From an archaeon GW2011_AR10 (GTDB taxonomy: Archaea; Iainarchaeota; Iainarchaeia; Iainarchaeales; GW2011-AR10): DNA of 32,000 bases. Below are positions 24,644 to 31,368 of this stretch, piece by piece; the first letter of the stretch is position 1; the number at the start of each line of letters is the position of its first letter. The DNA lies in NCBI GenBank assembly GCA_000830275.1, contig CP010424.1, positions 570,001 to 602,000 on the forward strand. Direction: 5' to 3'. Below the pieces are notes generated by a model. It searched no databases, was not told the DNA's origin, and saw nothing but the letters and a program-made list of their open reading frames with translations. Made by a program: the position numbers and the translations under genes.

Positions 24644-25516
24644 TCAAACCTTCCTTGCAATGAATTCAAACAAAAAAGTTTTTCCGGTGAGTTTTTGTAG
24701 CAAATAAATTGCACCAATAACTAAAGTCATCAATGGCCCCTCCTGTAACTTGTCCACAGGAATTTCGCTGCGGTTAAACCACTCTTCCTTAAACCCTGTT
24801 TCTTTAAAGTATAAGCGCATTATTTCCGGAGTTGGGTGAAAAGTGTGCTGCAACTGAAAACACTTCTGTGCGGGAGAATTAATTTTTCCAAGAGTTGAAT
24901 GGTAAAGCATGCCAGAAAGCTGCGAGATAAGGCTGCTTGAATCAATTGTGGTTAGCAAGAGCAGGCCATTCTTCTTCAGTTTTTTTCTTGCGCCTTTCAG
25001 CACTGACTTCATGCTTGGAACATGCTCTATTACTTCGTGCAGAGTTATTACGTCAAAGTAGCTGTCAGGCGCCTTCAAGTTTTCAATTGTTGCTACACTT
25101 GCCTTCAAGCCGAAATTCTTTCGCGCATAATGCACGGCATACTTTGAAACATCAATGCCTTGCACTTCCCAGCCTCTTTCCCTAGCGATGTCAAGGAAGA
25201 CTCCGGTAGCACAGCCTACATCAAGCATTTTTCCTTTCGCTGAAAATTTTTCAAGCTGTTCAAGCAGGTTAGTGTAATTGTTTATTATTGAATCGTTTTC
25301 AAGTTTCCTGTAATCGGCTGTGTAGGAGTCATAGCGCTTTGGGTACTTTTTTTTGTAGTAGTCTCCTGAATAGATTTCCAGGTCACGCGAGTAAACGCTT
25401 GAATCAGTGAATACTAGGCCGCATGAACCGCAGCTTAAAACCCTGTATTCCGGGAAATTAAACAGGACAGAGCTTTGTTTCGAACTGCACAGGTCACATT
25501 TTACTTGAAATTCCAT
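24644..25516 (-). CDS. Class I SAM-dependent methyltransferase with an N-terminal Cys4 zinc-ribbon-like motif
   Basis: CDLCSS...CGSCGLVF, then motif I MLDVGCATGVF and DVITLHEVIEHV. Confidence 0.8.
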   Translation of the reverse strand: MEFQVKCDLCSSKQSSVLFNFPEYRVLSCGSCGLVFTDSSVYSRDLEIYSGDYYKKKYPKRYDSYTADYRKLENDSIINNYTNLLEQLEKFSAKGKMLDVGCATGVFLDIARERGWEVQGIDVSKYAVHYARKNFGLKASVATIENLKAPDSYFDVITLHEVIEHVPSMKSVLKGARKKLKKNGLLLLTTIDSSSLISQLSGMLYHSTLGKINSPAQKCFQLQHTFHPTPEIMRLYFKETGFKEEWFNRSEIPVDKLQEGPLMTLVIGAIYLLQKLTGKTFLFEFIARKV

Positions 25517-25552
25517 GAAAACCAAAAAAAGTAGGGATTAAAGATTTTTATT

Positions 25553-26530
25553 TCATTGCCTTTGCGAATAGAATTCAATGGTTTTACGGATGCCTTCCTC
25601 AAATGAGTGGCGCGGCTTCCAGCCTAAAACATTTTTGATTTTTGAGATGTCTGAAACGTAGCTGCCGGTTTCAATGCTTTGCCAGTCTTTTGGCCAAGGC
25701 ACTTTCTTAATGCGCCCTTTTCCCGCAATTGAAACAATTTTTTCAACTGCATCCACAACACTTATGCCCTTACCGCTGCCTAAGTTAAAGTCTTGGCCTA
25801 ATGCCTTATCCTCAGTCATCGCAATAACAAAAGCATCCATTACATCGTCAACGAAAATGTAGTCCCGCAGCTGCTTGCCTGAACCGAAAACAGTTATTTC
25901 CTCGTCGTTAAGCGCTTTTCCGAGAAACCAGTTTAGGATGCAGTGCGTGCCCTCCTTCATTGGTGCGCGAGGGCCAAAAGGATTCGACAAACGGAATACA
26001 ACCGACTTTATGCCATGGTTGCAGTAGTAAAGCAGGTAATATTTTTCTGCTGCCATTTTGTGTATGGCCTCAATACTCAACGGGTTCTGAGTGTGCTTTT
26101 CACCTACTTTTTTTGAGGCCGGCAAGCCAAACTGCATTCTTGAACCTGGAAAGAAAACTGTTGCATCAGAGGAAGATTTTCTGAGCGCTTCAAGCAGCTT
26201 GAGGTGGCTCGCACAGTTTACCTCAAGGTTCAGCAGCGGGTCATCAAAGCTTTTAACATGGCCTATGTTGGCTGCAAAATTGAAAATGAAGTCCTTGCCT
26301 TCAACTGCTTGCCTGATTTTTTCCTCATCGCGAATATCGCCTGCGACAATTTCAACCTTGCCTTCAACCGGCTTCAGGTTGTCAAGCGAGGAATCGATTT
26401 TCTGCTGAAGATCAAAAACTGTTACTTCTGCTCCAAGGCCGTGAAGCCTGTGCACGAGGTTTGACCCCAGAAAACCCAAGCCGCCAGTAACAAGAACCCT
26501 TTTTCCCTTCACGAATTTTTCTGAAGCCAT
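25553..26530 (-). CDS. Extended SDR-fold NAD-dependent epimerase/dehydratase family protein (atypical active site)
   Basis: VLVTGGLGFLGSNL Rossmann motif, with a length and C-terminal region typical of UDP-sugar epimerases. No YxxxK is seen at the expected position (SIEAIHKMAAEKY). Confidence 0.75.
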   Translation of the reverse strand: MASEKFVKGKRVLVTGGLGFLGSNLVHRLHGLGAEVTVFDLQQKIDSSLDNLKPVEGKVEIVAGDIRDEEKIRQAVEGKDFIFNFAANIGHVKSFDDPLLNLEVNCASHLKLLEALRKSSSDATVFFPGSRMQFGLPASKKVGEKHTQNPLSIEAIHKMAAEKYYLLYYCNHGIKSVVFRLSNPFGPRAPMKEGTHCILNWFLGKALNDEEITVFGSGKQLRDYIFVDDVMDAFVIAMTEDKALGQDFNLGSGKGISVVDAVEKIVSIAGKGRIKKVPWPKDWQSIETGSYVSDISKIKNVLGWKPRHSFEEGIRKTIEFYSQRQ

Positions 26531-26534
26531 AAAA

Positions 26535-27914
26535 TCATCTTATTGCATTTGCAGCAAGCTGGTCCACCGCAATGAAGGACTGCTTCATCACTTGGTCCAT
26601 GTCAAGGTAGTTGAACTGGCCTGTCCTTCCAATAAAATAAATGTTGTCAATTTCTTTAAGGTGATTCATTACCTTTGAGAAATGCTCCCTGTAATCTGTC
26701 AGGTAAACAGGGTAAACGTGCGGTGCCTTCAGCAAAAAATAGTTTGTTACCTCGCTTTTTTTCAGGAAACCATCTTTTTCTAGTTCCGCGATTGCCTGTT
26801 CAAACAACTGTTCCTTGCTTTTATTCCAAGTGGCATCGCCTTCAAAGCACGAGAACTCAACGCTTAACATGTTCTCATCTGCCGGGCTTAGCTCTTGAGA
26901 CCACTTGTTTGTTTCAGTCAACCGGTGAAAGGAACGGTTCATGAAGTAAATGTACGGCACTTGCATTATGTCCTGCTTTGTTGAAGCAATGTAAAGCAGT
27001 ACAAGGGAGCGATACCTCAGCTTTGAAGCCGACAACAGAATATCTTTTGGCGGTTTTGGAAAAAGCATTTTTGCAAACAGTGGCACTGGAAGAGAAGAGA
27101 ACAAGTATGAAGCAGCAAAGGTTTTTGTTTTTCCGCCTGAAACGCATTCAACACTGAAACCGTTTTTGGTTTTTTTAACTTTTGAAACCTTTGAGTTGAG
27201 GTAAATTTTTCCTCCACGCTTTTGAACCCGTTCAGCAATTCTTTCAGCAAGCATTCCTATGCCCTTTCTCGGGTAAAAAAGCAGGAGGTTGCTGCGTTCA
27301 ATCTGCGATGCTATCTCTCCTTTCTTTGGCTTGGAAAAAATTGATTTAAGAGTTTTAATGAGGTTGACTTTTGCTACGCGCTGGTTTGCCCAGAAAGCGT
27401 CAAGCTCGCTGCACTTAACCCCCCAAAATTTTTCAGTGTAAGGCTTGAAGAAGATTTTGTAAAGGTGGTTTCCAAAGCCTGCCCTGGCCCAGTCCTCAAA
27501 GTTTTTTATTTCCGGTTTCCTGAAAAATTTTTTTGTGGAGGCCTTTGCAAAGCTTAAGCCTGAAACAATTGATGTTGTAAGGCCCATTTCGAAAAGCGCA
27601 GTGCGGATGTTCAATGGGTAATTGACGAAGCGGTCATTGAAGTAGAGGAGGCAGCGGCGCTCAAACGAAAGCAAGTCATCTGCAATAAGTTCCTTGAACA
27701 ATTCCTGAATATCCTCTTTTTCAGTGTAAAATGGATGGGGGCCAAAGTCCATGTAATAGGGGCCTTCCTTGATTGTTGCAGCAAGTCCTCCGACAAAAGA
27801 GTTTGCCTCAACCACTTCAACCTCAAACCCTTTTTCAAGCAGCCTGTGAGCAGCACTCAGTCCCGCTAAGCCAGCGCCCAAAACAAGTGCCTTTTTTCCC
27901 TTCATTCCCACCAC
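26535..27914 (-). CDS. FAD-dependent oxidoreductase, UDP-galactopyranose mutase / amine-oxidase-like
   Basis: VLGAGLAGLSAA...VGGLA dinucleotide fold. YTEKFWG and GRTGQFNYLDMD resemble Glf/UGM blocks. Start is GTG at 27914 or ATG at 27905. Confidence 0.65.
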   Translation of the reverse strand: MVGMKGKKALVLGAGLAGLSAAHRLLEKGFEVEVVEANSFVGGLAATIKEGPYYMDFGPHPFYTEKEDIQELFKELIADDLLSFERRCLLYFNDRFVNYPLNIRTALFEMGLTTSIVSGLSFAKASTKKFFRKPEIKNFEDWARAGFGNHLYKIFFKPYTEKFWGVKCSELDAFWANQRVAKVNLIKTLKSIFSKPKKGEIASQIERSNLLLFYPRKGIGMLAERIAERVQKRGGKIYLNSKVSKVKKTKNGFSVECVSGGKTKTFAASYLFSSLPVPLFAKMLFPKPPKDILLSASKLRYRSLVLLYIASTKQDIMQVPYIYFMNRSFHRLTETNKWSQELSPADENMLSVEFSCFEGDATWNKSKEQLFEQAIAELEKDGFLKKSEVTNYFLLKAPHVYPVYLTDYREHFSKVMNHLKEIDNIYFIGRTGQFNYLDMDQVMKQSFIAVDQLAANAIR

Positions 27915-27967
27915 TAACAGTAAAAAATAGGGAAAAAGAATTTAAAACACTAAACTGTTACAATTAT

Positions 27968-28058
27968 AGCAAACAGCTTTAATTTTTTGAATCAGGTGAT
28001 TTGCTGTTTGCTGGTTGCAAAATGCAGTTTTCTTTATTCAAATGCACAAGCATTTTGC
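27968..28058. repeat. Two tandem inverted repeats in the intergenic spacer between two minus-strand genes
   Basis: AGCAAACAGC (27968-27977) pairs with GCTGTTTGCT (28003-28012), 25-nt spacer. GCAAAATGC (28017-28025) pairs with GCATTTTGC (28050-28058), 24-nt spacer. Both are perfect. Confidence 0.4.
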
Positions 28059-28064
28059 CATAAT

Positions 28065-28811
28065 TCAAGGTCTCAGTTTCCTTTTCACGCGAACCCTAAG
28101 CACTTTGATGTTAACCAGCTGGCACGCGCCGTTTACTTGCTGAAAAGGGTTTTCCCCGGTTTTAATTGTCCAAGACCTCATGGGATCGGGGCCTTTTTTT
28201 ATCTGATACGGCATTCTGAAACCGCTCCACTCCAGCTCCAAATCGTAAGGCATGCTTTTCAGGATTCTCTCGTATGAGTAGGTTGAAAAAGTGTTCCAGC
28301 CAGTAAGCCATTTACTGCTTTCTTCTGCTGCTGGCTTGTACCTCATCAAAACATCAATAGGTTCGTCATTGAACATTCCAGCAACAATTAGAGTGCCATC
28401 CCCTTTTACGCAGGACAGCAGGTTTTTCAAAGGCGCATCAATTTCGTCCAAAATCGACAGGACACCAATGCAGAACACAACATCAAACTTTTCCCTGCTT
28501 TTGAATGGCTTGGTCAAAATGTCGCTGCAAACAAACTTTTCCGAAGGAATTTTTTCTTTTGCCCGCTGAATCAGGCTCTCGGAAACATCAATTCCTGTGA
28601 AAGAAAAACCGGGAAACTTTTTTTTTAAGAAAAAAATTAGTTCTCCTGTGGCACAGCCAACGTCAAGCATTTTTCCGGTTGTTGAAAGCTTTCCATCAAG
28701 CATTCCTGCAATAAACTTAAATATTTCTTTCGGGCCCTCGTATCGGTCTTCATGAAGGTAGATGGCCTTGTCAGCCAACCGTTCTCCTTGCGGAATAATT
28801 TTTTTTACCAT
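28065..28811 (-). CDS. Class I SAM-dependent methyltransferase
   Basis: Motif I MLDVGCATGEL, GIDVS and FDVVFCIGVLSIL, plus a ~90 aa C-terminal extension. Confidence 0.8.
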   Translation of the reverse strand: MVKKIIPQGERLADKAIYLHEDRYEGPKEIFKFIAGMLDGKLSTTGKMLDVGCATGELIFFLKKKFPGFSFTGIDVSESLIQRAKEKIPSEKFVCSDILTKPFKSREKFDVVFCIGVLSILDEIDAPLKNLLSCVKGDGTLIVAGMFNDEPIDVLMRYKPAAEESSKWLTGWNTFSTYSYERILKSMPYDLELEWSGFRMPYQIKKGPDPMRSWTIKTGENPFQQVNGACQLVNIKVLRVRVKRKLRP

Positions 28812-28828
28812 AAAAATTACCTAAATCC

Positions 28829-29185
28829 CTACTTGAATTTTGGAATCAATTCAAAAACGTCTTCTGCTTCAACTTTTGGAAAAATCCTGTTCAGCACTGG
28901 AAGATCAAGGCGCTGGGTTCTTGTGAGGTAAATCAGCAGCGCAATGACAACAATTAAGAGCAGGGAGGAGAAAACCGAGAAGAACTCTATCGGCATGCCT
29001 AAAAGCTGGTTCTCAACCAAAACCACCAGCGGCAGGAAACCAATTGAGAAAACAACGGAGAACGTTAACCTTTCCGCCAAATCGATTTCTTTTCTGCTTG
29101 GAAAAAATGCCAGCGTGAGAAAGTAGCCAGGCACAAACAATACTGCTGCAAAAACTATTACGCCTGCAACTGTTTCCAAAGCCAT
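28829..29185 (-). CDS. Small membrane protein (3 predicted TM segments; DUF1616-like N-terminus)
   Basis: MALETVAGVIVFAAVLFVPGYFLTLAFFP... Start at ATG 29185. The longer track ORF to 29449 would overlap the reductase gene and its extra part is compositionally non-protein-like. Confidence 0.5.
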   Translation of the reverse strand: MALETVAGVIVFAAVLFVPGYFLTLAFFPSRKEIDLAERLTFSVVFSIGFLPLVVLVENQLLGMPIEFFSVFSSLLLIVVIALLIYLTRTQRLDLPVLNRIFPKVEAEDVFELIPKFK

Positions 29186-29255
29186 AGAGTATTTTCTGCT
29201 GGAACACTTAAAAAGGTTTTTCCCGCACAATAAATAATAAACTGTTTTTTGAAAG

Positions 29256-30407
29256 GTGAGTTTTTTGCACTCGGTCACGGTTGTAGGAGCAGGACCTGCA
29301 GGTCTTTCAACAGCGCTTGAATGCCAAAAGAGGGGGTGGGATGCAGTAGTAATTGAGGAGCACGCAGAGATAGGCAAGCCAGTGAACTGTACCGGCCTCA
29401 TAAGCCGAAGCGGAGTAGAGGAAACAGGCTTAGACATAGAGAAAATCAAGCTTAACAGCGTTCGAGGGGCAAGAATTTACTCTCCAAACCACGAAATGCT
29501 TGAAGTAAAGCGTAGCTCTCCAGTTGCTTACGTTATTGACCGCGCTGCCTTGGATCAGAGCATGGCGGAAGAAGCAAAAGCTGCAGGCGTGAAAATAATG
29601 CTTGAAACCAAGCTCCTTGACATAAGGAATGAAACGGTTTTCGTTGAGGAAAAAAGGCGGGGCGGACTGCTTAAATCAAAAGTCATTGTTGGAGCTGATG
29701 GCCCGAACTCCAAAACTAGGGAACTCATGGAGATAAGCAAGAAGCGAGAAGACTTTGCTCACGCGTACCAGGTTAGGGTTAATGGCAGCTTTGACGCAGG
29801 GTTTGTTGAATTATATTTTGGTTCCTACGCAAAGGACTTCTTTGCTTGGGTTGTGCCGGAAAACAAGGAATGGGCTCGCGTTGGCTTGGCAACCTCCAAC
29901 ATTAATGTAAGGGAGAGCTTTAACAGTTTCTTGAAGGAAACAAACCTTGAAGCAAATTATTCATGCGACATGTGCTCTGCTTTAATTCCAGTTGGGCTGC
30001 CGCTGAAAGAACCAGTGAAAGGCAATGTTCTGCTTGTCGGCGATGCAGCTTTTCAGACAAAGAGCACAACTGGCGGAGGCATCCTGACAGGAATCAATGC
30101 GGGCAAGGCAGCAGCAAAAGCAATCGATGATTTCTACAAGAGCAAGAAACCTTTAACCAATTACTCCAAGTACTTGAAGCCAATCAACAAAGAGCTGGAG
30201 CTGCACTGGAAGCTGAGAAAATATTTCAACGGGCTCAGCAACGAAAAACTGGACAAATTGTTTGTGAAAATGAGGAAAGCGAAGGTAGGGGAATTCCTGA
30301 GCGAGCACGGTGACATGGACAAGCCAAGCAGGTTCATAGGCAAAGTTCTCACAAGGCCAAGCATGTGGAGAATGTTCCCCGAATTCGTAAGCTTTATGGT
30401 GAAATAA
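29256..30407 (+). CDS. Geranylgeranyl reductase family flavoprotein (digeranylgeranylglycerophospholipid reductase-like)
   Basis: VVGAGPAGLSTA, NCTGLIS and LLVGDAAFQTKSTTGGGI. GTG at 29256, or more likely TTG at 29265, which lies 5 nt behind AGGTGA. Confidence 0.85.
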   Translation: MSFLHSVTVVGAGPAGLSTALECQKRGWDAVVIEEHAEIGKPVNCTGLISRSGVEETGLDIEKIKLNSVRGARIYSPNHEMLEVKRSSPVAYVIDRAALDQSMAEEAKAAGVKIMLETKLLDIRNETVFVEEKRRGGLLKSKVIVGADGPNSKTRELMEISKKREDFAHAYQVRVNGSFDAGFVELYFGSYAKDFFAWVVPENKEWARVGLATSNINVRESFNSFLKETNLEANYSCDMCSALIPVGLPLKEPVKGNVLLVGDAAFQTKSTTGGGILTGINAGKAAAKAIDDFYKSKKPLTNYSKYLKPINKELELHWKLRKYFNGLSNEKLDKLFVKMRKAKVGEFLSEHGDMDKPSRFIGKVLTRPSMWRMFPEFVSFMVK

Positions 30408-30410
30408 ATT

Positions 30411-30745
30411 ACGCCCTAGCCAAACAACAGGTTTTCCGCTCACCCACTAAAACAGCTACTAGCACCAGAAAACAGGACGTCCTCCAATGCCTAAAGGCGC
30501 AGCCTCTTTTTCGCAAGCCTCCTCGTAAAACCTTTGGTTTTACGTGGCCCGCAAAATCCCTGATTTTGCTTGGGTTTTCTAAAAGGCTTAAGGCAGTGGT
30601 TCCCCGACATTTACAAAAAGGACGTCTCTTACCCGTCAACGGAAAAAATCCACAAAAAAAAGACCATCTTGCAGAACAAAGTTCTGCGAGACCTCGCAAA
30701 CGGAGTTTGCAAGGCTCCCTGAAGGAAGTGGATTTTTTGGGTTGT
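30411..30745 (+). ncRNA. Candidate structured non-coding RNA(s), identity unresolved
   Basis: 353-nt gap between convergent stops with no credible ORF. Four perfect or near-perfect hairpins, an 11-bp long-range helix, and U6 at the 3' end on the + strand. One stem pair is U-G on + but C-A on -. See findings. Confidence 0.35.
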
Positions 30746-30760
30746 TAAATGCAAGGCAAG

Positions 30761-31051
30761 TTATTCTTCAACTTCAAGGGTTCCATTCCTTCCGGCGCTA
30801 ACCTGAATTTGGCCCTGCCACTCACTGCACCAGCCGTTCGTGATTTTCACTTTTGAGCCTTCCTTCACTTTGTCAATTTCATCGTTCCAGAGGCTGAGTT
30901 TCACTTCTTTTCCTTTATTGTCCTTTAATACAGCGCTGGCTACCTTGCCTGAGCCCCTTTCATTTGCAAAAGAGCGCGACTCGCTGACTGAAACAATTTC
31001 CCCTGAAAGTTCGTCAAAACCACTTCTCGGCTTCAAGTCCTTCACTAACAA
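30761..31051 (-). CDS. Single OB-fold ssDNA-binding protein (Sulfolobus SSB / RPA-like), short form
   Basis: VKDLKP...VSESRSF...GKVASAVLKDNKGKEVKLSLWNDEIDKVKEGSKVKITNGWCSEWQGQIQVSAGRNGTLEV parallels the crenarchaeal SSB OB domain (...LTLWG...IKEGQVVKIENAW...FKGQVQLNAG). TTG start lies 5 nt behind GAGGTG. Confidence 0.7.
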   Translation of the reverse strand: MLVKDLKPRSGFDELSGEIVSVSESRSFANERGSGKVASAVLKDNKGKEVKLSLWNDEIDKVKEGSKVKITNGWCSEWQGQIQVSAGRNGTLEVEE

Positions 31052-31245
31052 TCCAACACCTCAAAAAAGTTCTGTGAAAAAAGTTAACTCCCTTGGTTCT
31101 TTTAAAGGAATAGCATAAATCGGCTTAACAGGATGGTCTCTAAAAAACACCTCCATAGTGTAAAGTGCAACCCGCCATTTCTGGGTTTTCATAACATCAT
31201 GCATGCAAATAAAACTAAAGAAAATAAACAGTTTTCTGTTGAAGG

Positions 31246-31266
31246 AAAAAAACGCGAATCTAAAAA
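31246..31266 (-). terminator. Oligo-T tracts downstream of the tRNA-like segment (minus strand)
   Basis: On the minus strand there is a T5 (31266-31262) starting 6 nt after the discriminator position, then a T7 (31252-31246). Archaeal polymerase terminates at oligo-T. Confidence 0.3.
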
Positions 31267-31271
31267 TGAAA

Positions 31272-31316
31272 TAGCCCCGCAGAGATTCGAACTCTCATGG
31301 CAGGTCGTCCCTTTTG
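31272..31316 (-). tRNA. tRNA 3'-half-like segment (variable region, T-arm, 3' acceptor strand, discriminator) with no adjacent 5' half
   Basis: Minus strand reads ...CGACCUGCCAU GAGAG UUCGAAU CUCUG CGGGGCU A. It has a canonical T-loop UUCGAAU with G53-C61, a 4-5 bp T-stem (49/65 is G-G) and a 7-nt 3' acceptor strand. No D-arm, anticodon loop or AGCCCCG 5' strand lies upstream. Confidence 0.4.
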
Positions 31317-31342
31317 ACACAGAAAGACTTAAATAAACTTGT

Positions 31343-31358
31343 TATATCAATTGATATA
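31343..31358. promoter_or_regulatory. Perfect 16-bp palindrome TATATCAATTGATATA (possible bidirectional TATA element / operator)
   Basis: Checked base by base. It lies 10 nt upstream of the ATG at 31369 and about 27 nt upstream of the tRNA-like segment on the other strand. A second TATA-like TTTATTTAA lies on the minus strand at 31330-31338. Confidence 0.4.
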
Positions 31359-31368
31359 GTGAATTAAT

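Noticed and set aside
25209-25234. 26-nt near-identity (2 mismatches) between the two methyltransferase genes (25209-25234 vs 28651-28676), considered as a dispersed repeat.
   Set aside because: Both copies encode the same SAM motif I peptide (KMLDVGCATG) in frame. This is explained by paralogy and motif conservation, not a mobile or regulatory repeat.
28612-28637. Homopolymer A/T tracts of 7-9 nt inside glycan genes (e.g. 28618-28626, 4725-4732, 6092-6099, 7821-7828) as possible slipped-strand phase-variation switches.
   Set aside because: Such runs are expected in an AT-rich genome rich in Lys and Phe codons. All of them are currently in frame, and a single sequence cannot show length variation.
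28829-29449. Full 206-aa minus-strand ORF.
   Set aside because: The N-terminal 88 codons overlap the geranylgeranyl reductase start region on the other strand and look non-protein-like. The hydrophobic protein starting at ATG 29185 is the credible gene.
30715-30731. CUCCCUGAAGGAAGUGG on the + strand resembles the apex of SRP RNA helix 8 (E. coli 4.5S GGUCCGGAAGGAAGCAG), which suggested the gap encodes SRP RNA.
   Set aside because: The universally conserved 3'-side AGCA nucleotides read GUGG here. The tetraloop would be UGAA rather than GNAR. The motif also sits at the extreme 3' end, next to the U6 tract, with no room for the returning helix 5 strand. It is kept only as a hypothesis for cmscan.
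30365-30748. 127-aa + strand ORF and 96-aa minus-strand ORF (30409-30699) covering the gap.
   Set aside because: The + ORF has no Met after its start inside the reductase gene. Both products are rich in Arg, Lys, Cys and Pro and look like translated GC-richer non-coding sequence. There are no SD or TATA signals.
30408-30760. RNase P RNA. GGAGGACGUCC (minus strand) vaguely resembles CR-I GAGGAAAGUCC, GGGUAAGAGAC resembles the GGUAAGAG block, and GGCUUA lies on the + strand.
   Set aside because: The motifs are imperfect, lie on different strands, and are in the wrong 5'-3' order for a P4 pseudoknot. No AAAGUCC is present.
31133-31336. 67-aa + strand ORF between the SSB-like gene and the palindrome.
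   Set aside because: It overlaps the tRNA-like segment and oligo-A/T tracts and has no recognisable domain or start signals.
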